A stretch of 32,000 nucleotides of DNA from Geotalea daltonii FRC-32 (GCF_000022265.1 NC_011979.1:1800001-1832000), one strand, 5' to 3'; positions 17,985 to 26,609 are shown, counted from the first letter of the stretch. Numbers and translations: made by a program. Notes: generated from the sequence alone by a model not told the origin.

Positions 17985-18761
17985 ATGACCGATACCAGGA
18001 AAGGATTTCTTATAGATACTTCCCGCTGCATCGGCTGCCGTTCATGTCAGGTGGCCTGCAAGCAGTGGAACAAGCTGGATGCGGAGAAAACGGGCAAGGA
18101 GCAGGTGGTTGCCGATGCAGAGCTGACCGCCAACCTCTATAACCGCATCCACTTTATGGAAAGGGCAAACGACGCCGGGGTCACCTGGGCCTTCTTCAAC
18201 GAGCGCTGCATGCACTGCGGCGATGCCGGCTGCCTTAAGGTCTGTCCCTCGCCGGGGGCGCTCTATCGTACCAGGGACGGCATTATCGCCTATAACAAAG
18301 AAAAGTGTATCTCCTGCAAGTACTGTGTTTCTGCCTGCCCCTTCAACATCCCCCGTTATGGCGCTGACGACAAGTTGGCCAAGTGCCACGTCTGCCAGGA
18401 TCGTGTTGCCGGCGGCATGGCACCGGCCTGCGCCAAGTCATGTCCTACCGGGGCCATCACCTTCGGCAACCGCAGCGAGCTCATTACCAAGGCCAAGGCC
18501 GCCAAAAAGAAACTCTACGGCGAAAATGACTTGCTCGGGCTCGGTGTGGTCTATGCACTGGAGGGGCCGCCGGCCGATTACGGTCTGCCTGCCAAGCCAT
18601 CGATCCCCCTTTCCATTTTTCTCTGGAAAGACGTGGTCAAGCCTTTGGGAATCCTCGGCTTCTGGGGGAGTATCGGCGCCATGCTGCTCCACTACGTGAC
18701 GGTGGGGCCGAAACGGCCTGAACATGAGAATGGAAACGGCACGGAGGAAAGACATGAGTAA
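17985..18761 (+). CDS. fdnH: Formate dehydrogenase iron-sulfur subunit, paralog 2
   Basis: Start ATG 17985 (MTDTRKGFLIDTSRCIGCRSCQVAC). Has four ferredoxin-type Cys clusters and a C-terminal hydrophobic helix. Confidence 0.9.
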   Translation: MTDTRKGFLIDTSRCIGCRSCQVACKQWNKLDAEKTGKEQVVADAELTANLYNRIHFMERANDAGVTWAFFNERCMHCGDAGCLKVCPSPGALYRTRDGIIAYNKEKCISCKYCVSACPFNIPRYGADDKLAKCHVCQDRVAGGMAPACAKSCPTGAITFGNRSELITKAKAAKKKLYGENDLLGLGVVYALEGPPADYGLPAKPSIPLSIFLWKDVVKPLGILGFWGSIGAMLLHYVTVGPKRPEHENGNGTEERHE

Positions 18762-19365
18762 CTATATCGATCGTTTCAATACCAAGGAACGGGTGCTGCA
18801 CTGGTTCGTCACCACGACCTTTTTTACTCTTCTTCTCTCGGGACTGGGGCTTTACTCGCGGCTTTTTACCGGCTACTTCAACCTCTTCGGCGGCGGCCAG
18901 AAGGCTATTACCATTCATAAGATCGCCGGTGTCCTTTTCTTTGTCAGCTCCCTCATTCTTTTCCTCCACAACCGTGCCAGAACCGTTGATTTCAACCGTG
19001 ATGACCTGGAATGGTGCCGCTACCTCGGGGGGTACCTGAGCCGGGAAGAAATTCACCTGAAGGTGGGCAAGTTCAACGCCGGACAAAAAGTATTCGGCGT
19101 CTTCATCGGCCTGGCGACACTCTTTCTGGGCATCACCGGCGTCTTCATCTGGTGGCCCCTCGCCTTCCCCCGCTGGATCGTGCAGCTGTCCCTTCTCATC
19201 CACGGTCTGCTGTTTGTGCTGTCGGCCATGTTCGTCGTTGTTCATGTCTACCTGGGAACCATCGGCAATCCGGGCACCCTTGAAGCAATGCTCTGGGGTA
19301 AGGTTTCCCGTGCCTGGGCCAAGAAGCACCATCCAAAATGGTACAAGGAAGTGACAGGGGAGTGA
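18754..19365 (+). CDS. fdnI: Formate dehydrogenase cytochrome b (gamma) subunit
   Basis: ATG 18754 (MSNYIDRFNTKERVLHW) lies behind GGAGGAAAG and overlaps the end of fdnH. It has four hydrophobic helices with conserved His residues (HW, HKIAG, HG, HVYLG), as in FdnI/FdoI. Confidence 0.85.
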   Translation: MSNYIDRFNTKERVLHWFVTTTFFTLLLSGLGLYSRLFTGYFNLFGGGQKAITIHKIAGVLFFVSSLILFLHNRARTVDFNRDDLEWCRYLGGYLSREEIHLKVGKFNAGQKVFGVFIGLATLFLGITGVFIWWPLAFPRWIVQLSLLIHGLLFVLSAMFVVVHVYLGTIGNPGTLEAMLWGKVSRAWAKKHHPKWYKEVTGE

Positions 19366-19367
19366 AC

Positions 19368-20210
19368 ATGCCCAATACAGCAGCGAAGCTTGAGTTTCTG
19401 CGCAAAACCGTTTGCGATCATCCGGAATACGGCGAGATCCTGCCGCTGTTCCAGGCCCTGTATCAGGTCATCGACGGGCAGGAAGAGCGGACAGGCATCC
19501 ATTTCAACCAACCGGCCGACCATGTGCAGGAAAAAGTGAGAAATGGCTTTCCTCTTCTCACCACTGAACATCTGGAGATCGATCCTTTCCAGGCAGTCGC
19601 CTTTCTCACAGTAGTCATCGAAGCCATGTTGCAGGTGAGCAGGGAGGGGCTCGACGAACTGAGCCGCTTGCGGCAGGCAATCGCTTCAGGGGACCTGGAC
19701 CTGCAACCACTCTTTGCCGGCTGCCTTTCCCGTGAAAGAAGTGCTGTGGAGGAAGCTGCCGCCCAATTGGAGGTCCCTTCGCCCCTCATGGAATTTGTCC
19801 TGGAAATCCCGTTGAAAACTGCCCTGGGAATTTACGCCGAGGCAATCTCTCCCGAGCAGGTTTCGGGCTGGACAGAAGGGTACTGTCCCATCTGCGGCTC
19901 CAGGGCAGGCATGGGGGAAATCTGCGGAGAGGATGGCAAACGTTTTCTCTCCTGCTCCAGCTGTTTCTTCAAATGGCCCTACAAGCGGTTGAAATGCCCC
20001 TATTGCGGGAATGACGATCCGGATACCCTGTCATATTTCATGGTCGGGGAAGGACCGACGCGAGTGGATGTATGCCGCAAATGCAGCAGGTACCTGAAGA
20101 CCAGGGATGCCAGGATTGGCAATTCAGAAGTGCCCCTGGAAGCGGAAGACCTGGCGACCATTCACCTTGATCTGCTTGCAGGCAAAGAGGGATTCGAGCG
20201 TGGCAAATAA
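19368..20210 (+). CDS. fdhE: Formate dehydrogenase accessory protein FdhE
   Basis: Has four CxxC pairs (CPICG, CSSC, CPYCG, CRKC) in the FdhE arrangement. The ATG is 2 nt after the fdnI stop. Confidence 0.85.
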   Translation: MPNTAAKLEFLRKTVCDHPEYGEILPLFQALYQVIDGQEERTGIHFNQPADHVQEKVRNGFPLLTTEHLEIDPFQAVAFLTVVIEAMLQVSREGLDELSRLRQAIASGDLDLQPLFAGCLSRERSAVEEAAAQLEVPSPLMEFVLEIPLKTALGIYAEAISPEQVSGWTEGYCPICGSRAGMGEICGEDGKRFLSCSSCFFKWPYKRLKCPYCGNDDPDTLSYFMVGEGPTRVDVCRKCSRYLKTRDARIGNSEVPLEAEDLATIHLDLLAGKEGFERGK

Positions 20211-20874
20211 GATACCCAACGTAACCGGCGTCATACTGGCCGGCGGCACGTCGAGCAGGATGGGGAGCAACAAGGCGCTACTTCCTTACCAGGGGCGCAG
20301 GTTGATCGAAACCGTATACGGCCACCTGGCAGCCGTTTTTACCGAAGTTATCGTCGTCACCAATGCACCACAGCAGTACCGTTTTCTTCCCTGCATGAAA
20401 GTGAAGGATGTTTTCGCCGGCGGGGGGGCCTTGGCCGGCATCCATGCCGGGCTCTGCCACAGCGGGAGCCCGGCCGTCTTTGTCGTTGCCTGCGACATGC
20501 CCTATCTGAACGAGGCCTTCATTCGCCACCTGGCTTCAAAAGCTGCCAGTGTCGATGTGGTTATCCCCAGAGGCCCGGCTGGTCTTGAGCCGCTCCATGC
20601 CGTATACGGCCGTGGCTGCCTGGCTGCCATGGAAGCGAGCCTGGCCAGGGGTGAAAAGAAGATTTCCTCCTTTTTCGGCGAAACGACCGTGGAGATCGTT
20701 ACTGAGGAGCACATCACCACTTTCGACCCCGAATTCAAATCTTTCCGCAACATCAACACCCCCATGGACTACTACCGGCTGCGCGCCGAGAGGCACAGCG
20801 AAAGCCCCTTCTTCAAGCATGCGCAGCGGTACGATTCCGACTCCTGCTCTCTCACTTTCTTTAATTTGATTTGA
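20200..20874 (+). CDS. mobA: Molybdenum cofactor guanylyltransferase (MobA), copy 2
   Basis: Motifs [19 protein letters not shown] and ACDMPYL, colinear with copy 1. The GTG start at 20200 was chosen because the upstream part of the track ORF overlaps fdhE, so the start is uncertain. Confidence 0.8.
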   Translation: MANKIPNVTGVILAGGTSSRMGSNKALLPYQGRRLIETVYGHLAAVFTEVIVVTNAPQQYRFLPCMKVKDVFAGGGALAGIHAGLCHSGSPAVFVVACDMPYLNEAFIRHLASKAASVDVVIPRGPAGLEPLHAVYGRGCLAAMEASLARGEKKISSFFGETTVEIVTEEHITTFDPEFKSFRNINTPMDYYRLRAERHSESPFFKHAQRYDSDSCSLTFFNLI

Positions 20875-20932
20875 CATCTATTTGCCGTTACAGGATTGCT
20901 TACCAAGCCACGGCAGTTTATCCTCCAGAAAC

Positions 20933-20958
20933 AAAAAAAGCGGGGCACAAGGCCCCGC
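20933..20958 (-). terminator. Rho-independent terminator of the lipoprotein gene
   Basis: Stem GCGGGGC/GCCCCGC (20940-46 / 20952-58) with a 5-nt loop, followed on the - strand by a run of 7 U (A-run 20933-20939). Confidence 0.8.
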
Positions 20959-20983
20959 CGAGTAATTTACAATTTTCCTGCAA

Positions 20984-22726
20984 TCATTGCCAGGCATTCA
21001 TGGATATGCCCAGTTGTCTACCGTAGCTGTCATATGCTCCCAGCCAGATGTTCCCCCAGGTTATGGTGAACCTTTGCCCGGTGCTGGTGACTGGAGACAG
21101 CACTAATGATCTGCTGGTCTCGGCCGGCAGGAGTCCTGCTTCAAATCTGGCAGTGTTGCCTGCATTGTCGCCTACCCATACGGACAGCCAATCATTGGTG
21201 AGCCCGCTAGGCAGGGTCCAGGTGACCGAATCATTGATATCGGCACTGGATCCCAATAGAGCATACAACTCGGTCGCTGTCGGTGAGGTGACCTTCGGGA
21301 AGTTGTCGACCGTCAATTCTGTGCTCAGGTAAGGACGCTTGACGAGTTTTTCGGTGTAGGTTGCTGCAGGTGTGGTGTTGGTGCCGATGTACAACTCTAC
21401 GGTATAAGCCTCTCCCGTGTCGGCTATTTTAGCAATATCCGCATCGGTCAAGGGGTAAAGGTTGCCGTAGCTTTGAGTTGGATTCTGAATCTGAAATTGA
21501 TCGTAGGCAACATTGTTGATCAGGGTGACGCCATCGACCGGCAGCCCGGCTCCCTTCACCACTGCACTTGTAATATTCAGGCCACCACGATCTTCAATGT
21601 TAAACCGTATACCGGTAATGATCTGGGGTGTAGTACTGGTAACATGATATTCCGCCACCGGTTCGATATCTATCCCGACAATGTACTGGTCCCCCTGCAT
21701 GTACCACTTGCCGTCAGCCTTTTTGATCATGTGAAACGCAACCGGCGCGTCCAGGGAGACCTTGCCGTTTTCAAGGACGGTAAAGGCGACTGTTGCTGTT
21801 CCTTTGGCTACGTCCATTGACTGAATCGAGATGTTGGTAAAGGAGATGCCGATCATTTCTTTGTCGGTGGTGATTTCGGAAAGGAATGAAGCAAGGTTCT
21901 GACCCTGATCCAGAAAGGTGGCGCTGTCGAAAAGTCCCAGCAAGGTTGCATTGGTTTCACTGGGCAGACTGGTGGCGAAGAGGTCGGAAAACTGTTTGAA
22001 CCCGGCGCTGATTTTCTGGATGTCGGTCATGCCGGTTGCAACGTTGGTTGTGTCGGTAAGAACTGCTGTGGTAGTAGAAGAAATGGCCTGCTTCGTAATA
22101 AGATTGGTGATAGTAGCTGCCCCAGTCGTTGTATCGGTGGTTTCAACTTTGATTATATCGAGAGCGGCATCTAGACCGCTATGATCCGTGCTGAACGAAC
22201 TCCGCAGGAGGTCGATGGAATCGCTGACGCCCACCGCCTGGAGAACCGGCAGCAGCTTGGCCTTCAGGGCATCCGACTCGGTTTTCAGCTCGGTCGCGGT
22301 CAGGTTGGAAAAATTGCCGCTTTCGAAATAATTTGCGGCCACGGTGTTAGCAATGTTGGCCACGATCAGGTCGGTGAGCGGTGTGACGTTAATCGTCCCA
22401 CCCACATCTGCCGCGGTGCCTGCAGAATAGAGGTGATACTCGTTGCCCCCAACATAGCCGTCGGCCCTGACCATGAACGGCCCGGTCATGTCCGAAACAT
22501 CAACGGTGTATTTGCCGTCGGCGGCGATTTGAACGGTTTTCGTGGCTCCCTTGCTGTCCTTGATGGTGACGGAGCCGATGATGGGTGCGCCGGCGGCTGC
22601 TGTGCCGGAGATGGTTGTTGCTGCAGGAGTGGTGCTGCCTCCTCCGCCGCCGCCACACGCGGCAAGAATGAGTGCCGATGTGCCGATCAGGATCAGCGTT
22701 TTTACGATCTGCCAGGTTTTTCGCAT
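20984..22726 (-). CDS. Large lipoprotein of unknown function
   Basis: Start ATG 22726 (MRKTWQIVKTLILIGTSALILAACGGGGGG) lies 8 nt after GGAGGA. It has a lipobox L-A-A-C followed by a Gly/Thr-rich linker, and the T/S/A-rich sequence looks beta-rich. No catalytic motif recognised. Confidence 0.75.
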   Translation of the reverse strand: MRKTWQIVKTLILIGTSALILAACGGGGGGSTTPAATTISGTAAAGAPIIGSVTIKDSKGATKTVQIAADGKYTVDVSDMTGPFMVRADGYVGGNEYHLYSAGTAADVGGTINVTPLTDLIVANIANTVAANYFESGNFSNLTATELKTESDALKAKLLPVLQAVGVSDSIDLLRSSFSTDHSGLDAALDIIKVETTDTTTGAATITNLITKQAISSTTTAVLTDTTNVATGMTDIQKISAGFKQFSDLFATSLPSETNATLLGLFDSATFLDQGQNLASFLSEITTDKEMIGISFTNISIQSMDVAKGTATVAFTVLENGKVSLDAPVAFHMIKKADGKWYMQGDQYIVGIDIEPVAEYHVTSTTPQIITGIRFNIEDRGGLNITSAVVKGAGLPVDGVTLINNVAYDQFQIQNPTQSYGNLYPLTDADIAKIADTGEAYTVELYIGTNTTPAATYTEKLVKRPYLSTELTVDNFPKVTSPTATELYALLGSSADINDSVTWTLPSGLTNDWLSVWVGDNAGNTARFEAGLLPAETSRSLVLSPVTSTGQRFTITWGNIWLGAYDSYGRQLGISMNAWQ

Positions 22727-23256
22727 AGTTAAATCCTCCATGTTAGTAAAAACAACATCAATAAATGGCGCTAATGGTATACATCCGTTTATTGATATGT
22801 CAAGATTTCATAAATTATCAAAAATTATTTTTCGTTATAAAAATTAATATCAAAAACTGAAGCTGGATTTTGCAATGCCAGTTTTTGAGGGGGAACCCAT
22901 TGGTTTTCCTCCTCCGGTATTTATAAGCTGCTTCTGTGACTGCCTCCTTTCATCAAAAATTCAGCGGCATCTTCCCTTCGGCAAAATAGTTCACCTCCTG
23001 CGCGTGTTGAAGTCCGGCGCTGCTTCTGCGCTTTTTCTACAGCGACTTAGCCTCCTTTCGGTAAAACAATGATTTATTGTTTATCAATATATCTCTTAGG
23101 CATTTGTATTGTCAATGAACTTGAAAACTGGTATTGTTTTACCATTGTAAAATGCTGTTTGCATATATAGCTGGGGTGGCAGCAGCAAGCTTCCCCTTGT
23201 CTTTGTGCCGTCACTTCCGGTAAACTTCATCAATCCCCATATCGACGAGGTTCCCT

Positions 23257-24027
23257 TTGAACAAAGATATCCCTGTTTATCATTATGACGGCGGCGTACT
23301 TGCCCCGGTTCAGGTCCATCCGGTTAAGGAATTTCCCATGAAACTGCTGGTCAATGAGCGTGAACTGGCGACGCTGGTTGCCTCACCCCACGACCTGCGT
23401 TTTCTGGTTGCCGGTTTTCTCAGACTGCAGGGCTTCGTCAAAAGTCTTGACGACTTTGTCCTGTTCAGCGTCTGCAACGACTTCGGCGTCGCCAACATCC
23501 GTATCAAAGGCGAACTGCCTGACAAGTTGCGACCGATCCTTACTTCGGGCTGCGGTACCGGGGTGACCTTCACTCTGCCGGGCTCTGACAGTGTCGGCAA
23601 AGTGTCTCAGCCTGACGGATTGAGTGTTCCTCCCGAAGCAGTGTTTGCCCTGATGGATGATCTTGGGAAGAAGGCCGAGCAGTATCGCAGTCACGGTGGC
23701 ATTCATTCTGCCGCCGTCGGCGATGGAGAAGATTTGCTCCTCTATGCCGAGGACCTTGGCCGCCACAATACCCTCGATCGTATTGCCGGCGAGGCTCTCT
23801 TCAAAGGGGTCGATCTCACCGGCAAGATGCTGGTCACCTCAGGCCGCGTCTCCAGCGAGATGGTTGCAAAGGCAGCTCTGCTGGGCATCAGCCTCATCGC
23901 CTCACGAACCTCGCCCACCGATATGGCGGTACAGATAGGCGACCAGTTGGGGATTACCCTGATCGGCTATGTGCGTGGCAGAAAATTCAATGTCTACACC
24001 CACTCTCAGCGCTTGGTCATATCGTAA
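23257..24027 (+). CDS. fdhD: Formate dehydrogenase accessory sulfurtransferase FdhD
   Basis: Conserved FdhD segments GGIHSAAV, GRHNTLDRIAG and SGRVSSEMVAKAALLGISLIASRTSPT. Has a TTG start at 23257 with GAGG 6 nt upstream. An alternative ATG at 23338 makes the start uncertain. Confidence 0.85.
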   Translation: MNKDIPVYHYDGGVLAPVQVHPVKEFPMKLLVNERELATLVASPHDLRFLVAGFLRLQGFVKSLDDFVLFSVCNDFGVANIRIKGELPDKLRPILTSGCGTGVTFTLPGSDSVGKVSQPDGLSVPPEAVFALMDDLGKKAEQYRSHGGIHSAAVGDGEDLLLYAEDLGRHNTLDRIAGEALFKGVDLTGKMLVTSGRVSSEMVAKAALLGISLIASRTSPTDMAVQIGDQLGITLIGYVRGRKFNVYTHSQRLVIS

Positions 24028-24038
24028 TCAGTCGCAGC

Positions 24039-24059
24039 AATTGCCCAGGGGGCAATTTT
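24039..24059 (+). terminator. Possible terminator hairpin after fdhD
   Basis: 8-bp stem AATTGCCC/GGGCAATT with a 3-nt loop, running into TTTTA. The U-tract is weak. Confidence 0.4.
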
Positions 24060-24107
24060 AGTGATAAAAGTTCTTTACAAAATAACGCAAGAATGTTAAT
24101 TACTATT

Positions 24108-24122
24108 CTATCAAATAGATAG
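24108..24122. promoter_or_regulatory. Operator-like palindrome CTATCAAATAGATAG just upstream of the Rrf2 gene
   Basis: CTATC-N5-GATAG inverted repeat, matching 13/15 with a second copy at 24613-24627. Confidence 0.4.
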
Positions 24123-24131
24123 GGTAATGTA

Positions 24132-24593
24132 TTGATCTCCAAGAAGACAAAATACGGCTTGAAAGCGATGATTTACCTGGCAAAGGTCTATGACCAGGGG
24201 CCGGTACTGATTGCCGATTTGGCAAGGGAAGAGAAAATCCCGAAAAAATTTCTGGAGCTGATCCTGCTGACACTGAAAAACCATGGGGTATTACAGAGCA
24301 GGAAAGGGAAAGGGGGGGGCTATTACCTGGGCAAACTCCCAAAGGAGATCAGCCTCGGTAAACTGGTGCGAATCCTGGACGGCCCGTTGGCTCCCGTTCC
24401 TTGTGTCAGCGAGACCGCCTATGCAAAATGCGATGAATGTCTGGATGAGAGAACATGCGGTATCCGGCTGGTGATGAAGGATGTGCGGGATGCAATAGCG
24501 GAAATTCTGGACGGAACATCCCTGGCAGACGTGCTGGAACGAAGCGAGAAGGCAGAGCAGCTGGAAAAGGGCATTTTTACATATAGCATCTAA
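24132..24593 (+). CDS. Rrf2-family transcriptional regulator (Cys-containing, possibly Fe-S)
   Basis: Rrf2 winged-helix N-terminus (ISKKTKYGLKAMIYLA...IADLAREEKIPKKFLELILLTLKNHGVLQSRKGKGGGYYL). A cysteine cluster PCVSETAYAKCDECLDERTC is present. TTG start. Confidence 0.85.
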   Translation: MISKKTKYGLKAMIYLAKVYDQGPVLIADLAREEKIPKKFLELILLTLKNHGVLQSRKGKGGGYYLGKLPKEISLGKLVRILDGPLAPVPCVSETAYAKCDECLDERTCGIRLVMKDVRDAIAEILDGTSLADVLERSEKAEQLEKGIFTYSI

Positions 24594-24612
24594 AATTTTT
24601 TTACTCATAAGA

Positions 24613-24627
24613 CTATAAAATTGATAG
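24613..24627. promoter_or_regulatory. Second copy of the operator-like motif (CTATAAAATTGATAG) upstream of cysP
   Basis: Lies 41 nt upstream of the cysP ATG. It overlaps a TTGATA hexamer (24621-26) and is followed by TATAAT (24631-36). Confidence 0.4.
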
Positions 24628-24667
24628 AGATATAATATTATAAGTAGTAAATAAAGGAGGGCAATTC

Positions 24668-25672
24668 ATGTTGACAACAATCAGTAGAGCCATTTTCTTT
24701 GCCGCTTTGGCAGTTGGCCTGCCGTTGGCGGCATTCGCACAGGTCAACCTTTTGAACGTTTCCTACGACCCGACCCGCGAGCTTTACCAGGATTTCAATA
24801 GCGCCTTTGCCAAGCAGTGGAAAAAACAAGCCAAGGAAGATGTTAGCTTCAAGCAGTCCCACGGGGGGTCCGGCAAACAGGCCCGGGCGGTTATCGATGG
24901 TCTGGATGCCGATGTGGTCACCCTGGCTCTGGCCTACGACATTGACGAGATCCATGACAGGGCGAAACTCATCCCACAGGCGTGGCAAAAACGGCTGCCC
25001 AACAACAGTTCACCCTACACCTCGACTATTGTTTTCCTGGTTCGCAAGGGTAATCCGAAGAAGATCAAGGACTGGAGCGATTTGGTGAAGCCAGGTGTGG
25101 CAGTTATCACCCCCAATCCCAAAACCTCTGGCGGTGCACGATGGAATTACCTGGCTGCCTGGGGGTATGCCTTGAAACAGAAGGGTGGAAATGAAGCCAA
25201 GGCAAAGGAATTTGTCACGAGGCTCTTCAAGAACGTGCCGGTCCTTGATTCGGGAGCGAGGGGCTCTACGACTACATTTGTCCAGCGCGGACTGGGAGAT
25301 GTGCTCCTTGCCTGGGAAAACGAAGCGTTTCTGGCAGTGAACGAACTGGGCAAAGACAAATTCGAGATTGTCGTGCCATCTGTCAGCATCCTCGCCGAAC
25401 CGCCGGTGACCGTGGTCGACAAGGTCGTTGACCGGAAGGGGACGCGCAAGGTGGCCGAGGCATATCTGAAGTATCTCTACACGCCGGAAGGGCAGGAGAT
25501 CGCTGCCAGGCACTATTACCGGCCCAGGGACAAAAAGGTGGCGGCAAAATACGCCAAGACCTTCCCCAAGGTGAAGCTCTTTACCATCGATGGGCAGTTC
25601 GGCGGCTGGCGAAAGGCGCAGAAGGCGCACTTTGCCGATGGCGGTGTATTTGACCAGATCTACGCCAAGTAA
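24668..25672 (+). CDS. cysP: Sulfate/thiosulfate ABC transporter periplasmic binding protein
   Basis: Has a signal peptide and near-colinear matches to remembered Sbp/CysP segments ([81 protein letters not shown]). Confidence 0.9.
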   Translation: MLTTISRAIFFAALAVGLPLAAFAQVNLLNVSYDPTRELYQDFNSAFAKQWKKQAKEDVSFKQSHGGSGKQARAVIDGLDADVVTLALAYDIDEIHDRAKLIPQAWQKRLPNNSSPYTSTIVFLVRKGNPKKIKDWSDLVKPGVAVITPNPKTSGGARWNYLAAWGYALKQKGGNEAKAKEFVTRLFKNVPVLDSGARGSTTTFVQRGLGDVLLAWENEAFLAVNELGKDKFEIVVPSVSILAEPPVTVVDKVVDRKGTRKVAEAYLKYLYTPEGQEIAARHYYRPRDKKVAAKYAKTFPKVKLFTIDGQFGGWRKAQKAHFADGGVFDQIYAK

Positions 25673-25707
25673 AGAGTGAAGGGCGAGGAGTGAAGAGTGA
25701 GGAAGAG
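25673..25707 (+). repeat. Degenerate heptamer array AGAGTGA AGGGCGA GGAGTGA AGAGTGA GGAAGAG
   Basis: Starts the nucleotide after the cysP TAA stop. It contains the GAGGAG SD and the GTG start (25697) of cysT, and uses the same TGAAGAG family as 30523-30564. Confidence 0.8.
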
Positions 25708-26527
25708 CCAACAACATAACGTGCTTCCTGGTTTTGGCCTGACGCTGGGTTATACGATCTTTTATCTCTGTCTGATCGTCTTGATCCCCTTGTCGGCCCT
25801 GGTCTTCAAGACTGCGACCATGTCCTGGGGCGATTTTGTCGCCGCCGTCACTGCGCCGCGGGTGGTGGCCTCTTACCGGGTAACCTTCGGCGCGGCGCTG
25901 CTGGCCGCTATCAGCAATGCCGTCTTCGGCGTGCTGGTGGCCTGGGTGCTGGTCCGTTACCGTTTTCCGGGGAAGAAGCTGGTGGATGCCCTCGTGGATC
26001 TTCCCTTTGCCCTGCCAACTGCCGTGGCCGGCATTACCCTGGCTTCGGTCTATGCCCCCAACGGCTGGATCGGCAAATGGCTTGAGCCCCACGGCATCAA
26101 GGTGGCTTACACGCCCCTGGGTATTCTGGTGGCGATGATCTTTATCGGCCTTCCATTTGTGGTGCGGACGGTGCAGCCGGTCCTGGAGGAACTGGAGGCG
26201 GAATTGGAGGAAGCTGCTGCCTGCCTGGGGGCCAACCGCTGGCAGACCTTCCGCCGGGTGCTGTTCCCGGTGATGCTTCCCTCAATTCTCACCGGCTTTG
26301 CCCTCTCCTTTGCCAGGGCGGTCGGCGAGTACGGCTCGATCATCTTCATCGCCGGCAACATGCCCATGGTATCGGAGATTACACCACTTCTGATCATCAC
26401 CAAGCTGGAGCAGTACGATTATGCAGGGGCTACGGCTATCGCCTCGGTGATGCTTCTGGCCTCGTTCGTCATGCTCTTTGCCGTGAACCTGTTGCAGAAG
26501 TGGAGCAGACGGTTCGCCGGCAATTAG
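25697..26527 (+). CDS. cysT: Sulfate ABC transporter permease CysT
   Basis: The N-terminus VLPGFGLTLGYT matches the remembered CysT/CysU pattern, and the permease EAA-loop region is LEEAAACLGANRWQTFRRVLFP. GTG start at 25697, with no in-frame ATG before the first TM helix. Confidence 0.85.
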   Translation: MRKSQQHNVLPGFGLTLGYTIFYLCLIVLIPLSALVFKTATMSWGDFVAAVTAPRVVASYRVTFGAALLAAISNAVFGVLVAWVLVRYRFPGKKLVDALVDLPFALPTAVAGITLASVYAPNGWIGKWLEPHGIKVAYTPLGILVAMIFIGLPFVVRTVQPVLEELEAELEEAAACLGANRWQTFRRVLFPVMLPSILTGFALSFARAVGEYGSIIFIAGNMPMVSEITPLLIITKLEQYDYAGATAIASVMLLASFVMLFAVNLLQKWSRRFAGN

Positions 26528-26609
26528 CAGGGAAACCTGAACCACGAATAACACGAATGAACGCGAATGGTGAGACGATAAGCCACGATGATCTTCTGGA
26601 GAGGAAGCA

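Noticed and set aside
22875-23072. 65-aa + strand ORF in the lipoprotein-fdhD spacer
   Set aside because: It has no SD and an odd composition (Cys/Leu/Phe-rich with no recognisable motif), and it overlaps the CCTCC repeat cluster. It is probably non-coding.
23177-23190. Sigma-54-like TGGCAGCAGCAAGC upstream of fdhD
   Set aside because: The GG-to-GC spacing is 11 nt rather than 12, and the -12 region reads AAGC rather than TTGC.
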